A DNA stretch of 64,000 nt from Calditrichia bacterium (GTDB lineage: Bacteria; Calditrichota; Calditrichia; RBG-13-44-9; J075): the NCBI GenBank assembly GCA_050633245.1, contig JBOEGD010000001.1, positions 64,001 to 128,000 on the forward strand. The letters are read 5' to 3'. This document shows, piece after piece, positions 56,140-64,000 of the stretch. Position 1 is the first letter of the stretch. Each line of letters begins with the position of its first letter. Under the pieces are notes generated by a model that was not told the origin of the DNA, searched no databases, and saw nothing but the letters and a program-made list of their open reading frames with translations. The position numbers were made by a program, and so were the translations under genes.

Positions 56140-56324
56140 AGTGGGTCTCTCCTAGTGTTTCCAGTATATTTGTATGTTATATAATCTCTTGTCTACTCTG
56201 TTTGGAAGATCATAAAACTAGGCATAGATCGTCCGCTGTGCAATAGAAAATTGAGCCGTATTGCTCTAGTATTAGAATCGGTCAGGGGTTGATTCCCTTT
56301 AGTGCTGATTCATCTGATTTGCGA

Positions 56325-57170
56325 TTAAGCAAGATCGTGTCGTTGTGAGAATCCATTTGCAATCTTATACACGCAAAGCAATGTAAATACAATGATGAAT
56401 GCCACGGTTACACCCTGAAGGTGTTCGAAGAACAGATTGGGAAAATAGCCTGGATTCCAGATGGCATGGCTAATTGCCAGGATATCTTGCTTGCTATCAA
56501 TTTTGGCTAAAAGGCTGCCAAGGGTTGTAGGCAGATTAACGGCAGAAACATCGCTGGACAAACCGACTGAGATAATAAAATCTATGCTGCACTGTAGGAA
56601 TATGGTAATTCCAAATATGGATATCAGTTTATTGAAGATGTGGCTGAGACTGTTTTTCCACAGTACTTCGCGGTTTACAATGCGACTTTCTTTAATTCCA
56701 CAAACCAGCATGGCATTGAAAAAGTCTCGTTGTCTGAAGTAGGCGATTCGCTCGCGAATCAAGTCACTTAACTCGAGAAATACGAACAGGCTGATGCAGA
56801 AGGCAATGAGTATTAAAACGGTCCATTTGCCGGACAGCCACTGCTTCTCCAAAAGTAATGTAATAACGACGTAACCCATTAAAACGCCGACGATCTGTGG
56901 AATTGAACGCAACAGATTCAATACAAAGCTCAACACAAGATAGGGGAGGCGTACGCGTTGCTTTTCTAGGAAGTAAAGTGAAATGCCGCTAACCCACCCC
57001 AACACAAGACACATTGCAATTGTAGTGAAGGCAATAATCAGCGTATTGACAAATCCGCTCTGGACCTGAGCAAATGCCGGCTTGTTCAGGAATGAGAAAT
57101 CCCACAGCCACAGCAGCGCCATGCCGCTTAGCCAGACTGTGAACCAAATTGTATCGCGTTGTTTTAGCAT
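56325..57170 (-). CDS. ABC transporter permease, OppC/DppC-like, divergent
   Basis: TM helices; LRSIP; EAA-like loop DFFNAMLVCGIKESRIV; PTTLGSLL. Confidence 0.75.
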   Translation of the reverse strand: MLKQRDTIWFTVWLSGMALLWLWDFSFLNKPAFAQVQSGFVNTLIIAFTTIAMCLVLGWVSGISLYFLEKQRVRLPYLVLSFVLNLLRSIPQIVGVLMGYVVITLLLEKQWLSGKWTVLILIAFCISLFVFLELSDLIRERIAYFRQRDFFNAMLVCGIKESRIVNREVLWKNSLSHIFNKLISIFGITIFLQCSIDFIISVGLSSDVSAVNLPTTLGSLLAKIDSKQDILAISHAIWNPGYFPNLFFEHLQGVTVAFIIVFTLLCVYKIANGFSQRHDLA

Positions 57171-57177
57171 GTTTTAA

Positions 57178-57244
57178 GATTGCTGAATTATGATTGCTGA
57201 ATTATGATTTAGTAGAGAAGTCAGACCGCTGCCCGCTGCCCGCT
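57178..57244 (+). repeat. 14-mer GATTGCTGAATTAT x2 and heptamer CCGCTGC x2.7 between the permease genes
   Basis: Read directly. Confidence 0.8.
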
Positions 57245-58359
57245 CACCGATTATCATAGCGCCTGGTTTCCGTGCCATACCAAATGTCTGCCACAATATC
57301 AGTTGTTTTAACCACCAGGAAAATTCCCAACAGAATCGCAAATATTACATCATACTGTTTAAACAGAATGTTCTGTAGCAATTCGTAACAAAGATGCCCT
57401 TGAATATTTAACGCCATCTCGATAATAACCAGTCCGGTAATAACAAACGACGCTTGTTCTTTTAAGGTGGACAGATATTGATACCGCGCGTTGATAAAAA
57501 TATGGTGGAGCACATGACCATGAAACGATTTGCGCACTGCCAAAATCTGTCTGAGCTTTATGCTACCTTCAGAATTTATCTTATACGAGCTGTCCAGCCC
57601 TTTTACCAAAGCCGTGTTCACGTAGCCTTTTTTACTCTCACCTACCAGTAAGGAGTAAAACTTATGGGCGTAGGTTATTAAAAGTCCATTAGACAAAACG
57701 CCCAGTATTACCATAAAAAGCAGGCTGTCGGCATTAAAACTAGGCTTAATTGAATAGGCAATAACATAGGCCGGTGAAAACAGAATGAGATATAGGGCTC
57801 CTCGCCCAGCCGCTTTGGTTAAAAGAATAAATATCGTTTTAAACTGCTCTATGAGTTGCTTGCCGGATTCCGGGCGTTTAGCGCTGCTTAAAAAGTCTTT
57901 TAAGCGCATGATAAAAGAATCATTGCCCTGTTTCAAGCGTACAAAGCGGTAGACACCCAGCGTCTGCACGCCATAGTAGGTCAGTAGCATTACCAGCACG
58001 TAAACCAGAATAAATTGCCAGTACATGCCTAACAGTTCTCCCCAGCGCTTGGCACTTAAGCCTTCACCGGTTCGAACTTGTCTGGTTGCCGCGGTGATTT
58101 GTGCCGAGCGATAGGCATCGATATCGCTTAATAGCTGCTCGCCATCTGTTTCTGGTTCAAAGGTCTGTATTGCTTCTGCAAGCATGCTGCGATGCAGAGG
58201 ATTATCCAAATCTAAAAAGGGGAGTTCTAAATAACCCTCCAGGAGTTGGTTTTCCTGAAATGTCGCTTTCGGAGCGTTCTGGAAATGTTGAATAAGAACA
58301 ATAAATACCAGTCCAACCAGAACGATAGCAAAAAGATGTTCGGCAAGCTGTCTTCTCAT
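57244..58359 (-). CDS. ABC transporter permease, OppB/DppB-like, divergent
   Basis: ESKKGYVNTALVKGL (EAA loop), HIFINA, TGLVIIEMALNIQG, DIVAD. Confidence 0.75.
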   Translation of the reverse strand: MRRQLAEHLFAIVLVGLVFIVLIQHFQNAPKATFQENQLLEGYLELPFLDLDNPLHRSMLAEAIQTFEPETDGEQLLSDIDAYRSAQITAATRQVRTGEGLSAKRWGELLGMYWQFILVYVLVMLLTYYGVQTLGVYRFVRLKQGNDSFIMRLKDFLSSAKRPESGKQLIEQFKTIFILLTKAAGRGALYLILFSPAYVIAYSIKPSFNADSLLFMVILGVLSNGLLITYAHKFYSLLVGESKKGYVNTALVKGLDSSYKINSEGSIKLRQILAVRKSFHGHVLHHIFINARYQYLSTLKEQASFVITGLVIIEMALNIQGHLCYELLQNILFKQYDVIFAILLGIFLVVKTTDIVADIWYGTETRRYDNR

Positions 58360-59234
58360 TTGCCTGCACCACCGGACTTTGGCTCAATTAAAATGCCACT
58401 ATCGACGAGCGTCGCGCTAAATAAAGAGCCTGCGAGCGAGCGCTGTAGTTTCTCCATCAGATCGTTTGTGCTGGCGCTCGCTGTGCTCTCTGGAAAAAGG
58501 TGTATCAGTAAGGATGATTTGTCTGCGCTGTTCAGCTGCCATTGCGGTGCTGAAAGTGTTTTATTGTGCTTTCTGTTGAAATGCTCGTATAGTTTTGCAT
58601 AAACAGCATTGGCTTCAGATACGCTCCTTTCGATTCCGGCGCGAATAGTGGCAATGTCCGTTGTCCTTTTTGCTGCCTTAACGCCTTTCCATATCCGTCC
58701 GGGTCGGTTTGGAAGCTTAACCCAGCCAAATCGTGTGGGAATGCCAAGCGTTTGCACAAAACTATAGCCGCGATAACGCAACAGACGCTGAAGTTGCTGA
58801 TCGTTTTGCAGATCGAAGCTTTTTGATGATGCGCCGGGAATGTTATTCGTCTGAAGACCGCTTACGTCGAGGATTTGCAGGCTGTCAGTTACAATCTCTA
58901 CATTGCGAAGCACAGTAATGCTTCCTGCTTTTTCCTGATTTCGATATGTTTCTGCAGATTCCTTTACCAGAAAGAATATATCTCTTCCAACCTTTATTTT
59001 GCTGGCCGGCGTAAAGGCATCGCTTAGCATTGTTTCTTTTTCCTGAAGTTGTAACGGGATATACGATGCAAATAAGCGCTGTTCGGAAGTTGTGATTGCC
59101 TGCTCGTATTTGTTGTAGATGACGAGTTCGGAAGGTGACTCAATCAGTAAAAAATCGGCCTGTTCCTGGCCCCAAATAGATAGGCTGTAGAACAGGCAGA
59201 AATATAAAATGCGTATGGGAAGTGAATTACTCAT
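58356..59234 (-). CDS. Exported hypothetical protein within the ABC operon
   Basis: Signal peptide from ATG 59234 (MSNSLPIRILYFCLFYSLSIWG); overlaps both neighbours. Confidence 0.7.
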   Translation of the reverse strand: MSNSLPIRILYFCLFYSLSIWGQEQADFLLIESPSELVIYNKYEQAITTSEQRLFASYIPLQLQEKETMLSDAFTPASKIKVGRDIFFLVKESAETYRNQEKAGSITVLRNVEIVTDSLQILDVSGLQTNNIPGASSKSFDLQNDQQLQRLLRYRGYSFVQTLGIPTRFGWVKLPNRPGRIWKGVKAAKRTTDIATIRAGIERSVSEANAVYAKLYEHFNRKHNKTLSAPQWQLNSADKSSLLIHLFPESTASASTNDLMEKLQRSLAGSLFSATLVDSGILIEPKSGGAGK

Positions 59235-60957
59235 CTTTTTGTTCGAGCCACTGCTCAACGGTGGATAACTGTGATGCGACTCCGTAAAGATTAATGCTGC
59301 GATCGTCGAATTGAGTTGTAAAGTAAGCCATCGAGGGTAGCGAGAACATCCAGCTTCCCAGAGCAAGATCCTGATCTAATTCATCGAGGAAAACAGCATA
59401 CTGCTGCTTGTCACCAATTTGATTGGTGTACATGAACCCATACATATATTCCAAGAATTTGCTGATATCTGCCTGGTCCGGGCCGGCTTTGGTCGCATCG
59501 AGTCGACAAAAATTGCTGCCATTAAACGATTTGCTGCTTGCGACCAGCTCGCCATTGCGGTTTTCGGTAACCAGGTTAATCTTAAATGTTTCCAAGTCCG
59601 GCTCGCGTAGAAAAATGCTGTAGAGATCGAAGAGAAACGTGCTGCGATATCCGTCGATGGCGACCAGAACAGCATCATAGTTTCCGCTCTTAATGACATC
59701 ATTTTGAACGGCAGATGCGCTAATTCGACCGCTGAATAGTGTTGGGTCGTTCATAATCTCGACTAATTCGCTTAGTTCTTCACGATGTCCATTGTTTATG
59801 GACGTCACAATGCGCAGGCTATCTGGAAGGATGGCCAAATTCGCCGCCTCGCGGCCTCGCAATGGCAGAACGACTTCTTCGTCCACATAATAGCTGGAAG
59901 AAGGAAAAATGCTGTAATTCAGATAATCGGCATAGTTATCAAAGTTGCCCTTATAGTCGTTGATATGTTTTTGCTGTTCGGTATTCACTTTGTAAAAGCG
60001 ATTGATCAGCTTGCGATTATCGAGAAGGCGTCGAGCTTCTTTGCGCTGATCGCGATTCAGGCGTTCGGTATTAAACAGAACGGCAAAAAAGGTTGTGCTG
60101 ATATTCGATTTATAAAAATAGTCTTCCGGATCTTCCAGAATTGGCGATTTGGCACCAAATGGCGTATCGAGAAGCACATTAAAGCTATTATTGCTAAGCT
60201 CGGTTGTGAATGTGCTGTTGTCAATAAACGGCTGTAGAACAACGCGAGGTATAGCTGCCGTTCCAGCAGGGTTTTGAACATAGCTGTTGACGTTGTCTTG
60301 TGCTTTGGCAGCCAAATAAGGGCCGCTTCCAATGGTATAAGTAGACTGAGTCAACTTTTCGGTTGCCGGAAGAATCTTAAACGAAAAGATATTCTTGATA
60401 TCTGTTTCCGTCCAGATACGATCCCCCTTTAAACGAAAACGAATCTCGTTATTATTGTCCGGGCCTTCAAAATCAAAACTTTCAACAGCCTGTGAGACCA
60501 GAATGTAGTCCGGGGAAAGGCTGCCAAGCCGCTGAATACGTTGTAGCGTAAAGCGTAGATCCTCAGCTGCGAATAACTTCGGGGCTGCTTCCTGAACCGA
60601 AATCTCATCATCTTCTTGTGTCAACGTATAGCTGCTGTGCCACTTCTTACGTGTATTCAGTCGGATAGTAACAATATTGTCTTCCGAGATATCGATCAGC
60701 TCACCCATTCCGTCTTCATAAACCACACCGCTGGAGTTGGCTGAAATATTGAACAACCCATCGAACAATACTTCGTCCAGCTTGTCTGATAGCGGAACGG
60801 CATGTGGCAGATGGGGGTCGATGACTGGTTTCTGGTGCGAAATATAAGGAATAACAATCTGCCCCCTTAAATCAGTTCGCAGGAAATACCATAGTCCTGC
60901 GGCTACCAATAAGGCGATTACTATCCCGATAATTATGTTGCGCTGAGTAGGAGTCAT
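59227..60957 (-). CDS. Family-5 (OppA/DppA/NikA-like) solute-binding protein, TM-anchored, divergent
   Basis: IDPH..LFDGL, TIRL..KWH, AEDLRFT, IGSGPY, LFNT; N-terminal TM helix with no lipobox. Confidence 0.75.
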   Translation of the reverse strand: MTPTQRNIIIGIVIALLVAAGLWYFLRTDLRGQIVIPYISHQKPVIDPHLPHAVPLSDKLDEVLFDGLFNISANSSGVVYEDGMGELIDISEDNIVTIRLNTRKKWHSSYTLTQEDDEISVQEAAPKLFAAEDLRFTLQRIQRLGSLSPDYILVSQAVESFDFEGPDNNNEIRFRLKGDRIWTETDIKNIFSFKILPATEKLTQSTYTIGSGPYLAAKAQDNVNSYVQNPAGTAAIPRVVLQPFIDNSTFTTELSNNSFNVLLDTPFGAKSPILEDPEDYFYKSNISTTFFAVLFNTERLNRDQRKEARRLLDNRKLINRFYKVNTEQQKHINDYKGNFDNYADYLNYSIFPSSSYYVDEEVVLPLRGREAANLAILPDSLRIVTSINNGHREELSELVEIMNDPTLFSGRISASAVQNDVIKSGNYDAVLVAIDGYRSTFLFDLYSIFLREPDLETFKINLVTENRNGELVASSKSFNGSNFCRLDATKAGPDQADISKFLEYMYGFMYTNQIGDKQQYAVFLDELDQDLALGSWMFSLPSMAYFTTQFDDRSINLYGVASQLSTVEQWLEQKDE

Positions 60958-61024
60958 AAAAACAATCCTTTACTTAACAAGTCTGAGTTCCGGTAATAAA
61001 TACAATTGCATGTGCAGACAGTAT

Positions 61025-63376
61025 TTAGTTTTTACGGATAATTGTGCGTTGAGCCATTACGCTTACTTCCAGAACCTTATAGGCGCTGTGTGTAAAGCGA
61101 ACTTCCAAAATATTTTGCCCCTCTTTATTTACCTGAAGCGGCGTTATCTGGCATTCATAGTCATTTGCTTTGGTAGGAGCGGTAATAGAGAATCGACCTT
61201 CGTTTTTTACCGGCTCTTTATTCAGGGTGATGGATTTATACCACTGCACCGTTTCTGCAGATTTTGCCAGCTCTCGGGGTAACTTCATATTAACGTCGAA
61301 TACCGGGAACTTTGCATCCGATGGAATCTGAATGTTTATCCGAAACATATATTCGTTGGTGGCAGACTGCTTGTCGTTTACCGGCACCACGTAAAGTTTA
61401 CGATAGCTTTTTGGCTTGCCCAGATACTTCGGCGTAAAGGGGGCACATTCGGCAATCAGGTTTAGAATCTTGCGCTCGTTCCCTTTGTAGTTTTTGCCGT
61501 GTTCAACTACTGCACGCGCCCGTAAAACTCCATTGTCCTTAATGTTGGAAGTGAAGTCGCGGTAGAGCGTTTCAATAGCACTCTTGGGAAATTGCTGGAG
61601 CTTAAAACTTTCTAAAGCCTTCCGCAGCGTCTCATTATTTTGCGCCAATACGTTATTGCCACCAGCCGAGTAGGTCATTTCATACACCGGTTTAAACGCA
61701 TCGCTCTCGTATAGTGCGGCTACATTTGTATAGGTAGACAGATTGTCGTTTATGAAATTTCGCGCATTTTCCTTTGAGGCGGCAGCAATTCCCTGAACAA
61801 GTTTCTCTTCATAGTTTTTGAGCAAACGCGTTTTCTCTGGCAACACCTTGTCATAGTTAATAAAGTCTGTATCGTTGCTCAGCGCCCGCAGTTTATCTTC
61901 CATGCCTGCCCAGTTGCCTGCATTTAGCATTTCCTGAATGACGCCTTCCTGTCGATTCAGCGAGAGTCTGTCCAGATCGGGATATTGATTCGCCAGAAAG
62001 CTGAGATCGCGATTGCTCTTCAATAGCTGGATAATTGACTGAAAATCATTGTTGTTGCGAGAGCGGTTAATACTGCTGACGATCTGGCTTGCGCGGTTCA
62101 TGTCGTTACGCAGGCGCTGAATACGATCGGCTGCCAAAGTTGCCTGGCTATTCATATTGCGTGCAGCGGCATAAGAACCGTAGCTACCATAAGATTCTTT
62201 ACGCGGCATCTTTAACCGATCGAGCCGACGCATTAAGCTGGGATAAAACGAATCGTCCGGCCATTGTTGTTCGCGTCGCAGCTCTGCATCGACTGCTGCT
62301 AGTTCGGTTTCAGCTGTTTTAATTGCTTCACTATTTGCATTAAAGCTCTCGATAAAGCGGATCATATTGTTGAAGCTGGCGTCAGGTGTACGTCCCGTTG
62401 CGCGATAAAGCCCTTTGGCATCTTCAATTGGAAAAGGAATTGGCGTGGTGTCCTGCTTTTTGCGTAGATTTTTGTCATATCCCTGTCCAAGCGTTGCAAG
62501 ACGTTCACTGATTGCTTTCTGAGCTTCAGCAACAACATTGGATGGATATTGTGAGGAGTTCTCAAAAAACTGCTTCAGTCCGGGAATAGATTCAACGAAA
62601 CCATTCACATCATTTCCAGCAGATTCTGTTTGCTGAAAGAGCTGTAGTACCGTGCGATACTGCGCTTGGAATGCCAGCTCGTCTTCAATGTTGCGCTTTA
62701 GTCTGAGGTAATTGATATAGTTCTTATCATTATTTGCCTGCATCGATTGCGGAATGAGGTTCTCAATATCCTGTAGAGCGCCTTGTGCACCCTGCAGACG
62801 ATTCGTTTTGGCGCTGACGTCACGCAGTTCACCTTCGGTATCGAGTTCACTGGAGCTGATGGCAGTTCCGAGTGATTCAAAAACCTGACGATCGACGCGG
62901 CTTTCGTCGAGAGTGCTAGTCAGTGTTTCCTGGCCGGTTTCGCTTTTATAGCGCCATACCGGAACGTAGCGATATTCTGTGTTTAACTTGGTATCTGTTG
63001 TTACATTGTCAACAATCCAGAAGTAGGTTGGTACTGTATTGTCCAGCGAATATACACCCAGTCCGTCATTCTCTGAACTTGCATCGGTCATGCGGATCAT
63101 AGACTTGTCTTTATCCAACTGTCGTGTCAGATAAAAGTCTACGTTGTTATCTTCCGGCACCTTAACAACAAGATAGTAGTTATCCCTTTGAATCGCGGGA
63201 AACTTAACGTGGTAGCTTTTTTCTTTTTTAACTTCGAACTTTTCATCTTTTTTCGCCAACGGTAAATAATCCGCTTCCACAGCGACAACTTCCGGTTTGG
63301 GCTTGAGTTCCTTATACGGTCCACAGCTGAAGGCGATAGCGAATAGCAGTAGACATAGGGTTGATCTCAGCATCAT
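61025..63376 (-). CDS. Large hypothetical lipoprotein (beta-rich ends, helical middle)
   Basis: Lipobox AFSC; AAAGGA RBS before ATG 63376; long ORF heading the ABC operon. Confidence 0.8.
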   Translation of the reverse strand: MMLRSTLCLLLFAIAFSCGPYKELKPKPEVVAVEADYLPLAKKDEKFEVKKEKSYHVKFPAIQRDNYYLVVKVPEDNNVDFYLTRQLDKDKSMIRMTDASSENDGLGVYSLDNTVPTYFWIVDNVTTDTKLNTEYRYVPVWRYKSETGQETLTSTLDESRVDRQVFESLGTAISSSELDTEGELRDVSAKTNRLQGAQGALQDIENLIPQSMQANNDKNYINYLRLKRNIEDELAFQAQYRTVLQLFQQTESAGNDVNGFVESIPGLKQFFENSSQYPSNVVAEAQKAISERLATLGQGYDKNLRKKQDTTPIPFPIEDAKGLYRATGRTPDASFNNMIRFIESFNANSEAIKTAETELAAVDAELRREQQWPDDSFYPSLMRRLDRLKMPRKESYGSYGSYAAARNMNSQATLAADRIQRLRNDMNRASQIVSSINRSRNNNDFQSIIQLLKSNRDLSFLANQYPDLDRLSLNRQEGVIQEMLNAGNWAGMEDKLRALSNDTDFINYDKVLPEKTRLLKNYEEKLVQGIAAASKENARNFINDNLSTYTNVAALYESDAFKPVYEMTYSAGGNNVLAQNNETLRKALESFKLQQFPKSAIETLYRDFTSNIKDNGVLRARAVVEHGKNYKGNERKILNLIAECAPFTPKYLGKPKSYRKLYVVPVNDKQSATNEYMFRINIQIPSDAKFPVFDVNMKLPRELAKSAETVQWYKSITLNKEPVKNEGRFSITAPTKANDYECQITPLQVNKEGQNILEVRFTHSAYKVLEVSVMAQRTIIRKN

Positions 63377-63490
63377 ATACATTCCTTTAAATTTGTGAAA
63401 GTCGTTTTTATACATGCAAAAAATAAGCCTAAATCTTGCGATTGCTGCTTTTAGGCGTAATTTCTTTGGATGTTTTTGCAGTGTTCGCGG

Positions 63491-63519
63491 GGCGGGCGTT
63501 CTATTATTGAACGCCTGCC
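63491..63519. promoter_or_regulatory. Inverted repeat upstream of the lipoprotein/ABC operon
   Basis: GGCGGGCGTTC-TATTATT-GAACGCCTGCC. Confidence 0.45.
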
Positions 63520-63849
63520 GGGCAAATCGTTCCCATGATTTAATTAGATTGATAATTATTTCACAGAAAGCCTGTTAAACTTTGGCGAGCTAACTAGCAA
63601 TATCATCATAGTGTTGTATACTCTTCGAATGCGAAAAAGATACAAATGTTAAGATGGTAACACAAGCGGCGTTTTGTGCATTTATAGCTATCTGATTCTT
63701 CTGTTAAAGTTTTTTCTGTTTGAAGCCGACTCTCAATAAGTGTCAAAATAAACCTCATCGTATGATTCCTTCAGGCGATTCAGACTGTGCCAGGATTGCA
63801 CATAAAAGCTGTATGCCGACCAACAGGAAATTGTTGAAAGGAGACCGCC

Positions 63850-64000
63850 ATCGGTACCTACAATGTACTTAGTGATTATATCGGAAACGCCATGAAGCTG
63901 GCAGAAGTTTTACGGCTTGATGATGATACCTACTGTGGACGCATTCTGGAATGCCAGGGTGTTATTGCATTTGGAACTTCCAGCGAATTATGTCTGGAAA
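63850..64000 (+). CDS. hicB: HicB-family antitoxin, 5' part (runs off the window; apparent ATC start)
   Basis: (I)GTYNVLSDYIGNAMKLAEVLRLDDDTYCGRILECQGVIAFGTSSELCLE; AAAGGAG RBS. Confidence 0.7.
   Translation, partial: MGTYNVLSDYIGNAMKLAEVLRLDDDTYCGRILECQGVIAFGTSSELCLE

Overview
A 64 kb window of bacterial chromosome with moderate GC. A YPNPFN-type secretion C-terminal domain and gldC suggest an FCB-group organism, possibly Calditrichota/KSB1-like (inference). It is mostly housekeeping genes: rfaE2, mltD, moeA, rimI, tsaB, typA, lexA, topA, trxB, lemA, clpP, sodN, a GH57 enzyme and a flippase. No rRNA, tRNA, CRISPR array or intact transposase was seen. Six loci stand out. (1) A UGA-containing CxxU Rdx/SelW-type selenoprotein gene with a SECIS-like hairpin, missed by the ORF track and convergent with trxB. 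(2) An operon of three unrelated peptide/amide ligases plus an M29 peptidase. (3) lexA coupled to a headless LexA C-terminal-domain paralog that appears catalytically dead, followed by alkA, a VOC gene and tag, with a candidate SOS box over the lexA -10 element. (4) An operon with a membrane Ser/Thr kinase-pseudocyclase, two uncharacterised exported proteins, a 2170-aa FG-GAP/12xFN3 surface protein and a PEGA protein. (5) A divergent Opp-like ABC operon with two accessory proteins and no ATPase. (6) A stand-alone NERD nuclease-SF1 helicase. Intergenic DNA carries 7-bp-period tandem repeats, GTAG-type REP-like palindromes and a probable eroded IS200/RAYT fragment. All family assignments come from motif recognition only; no database search was run.
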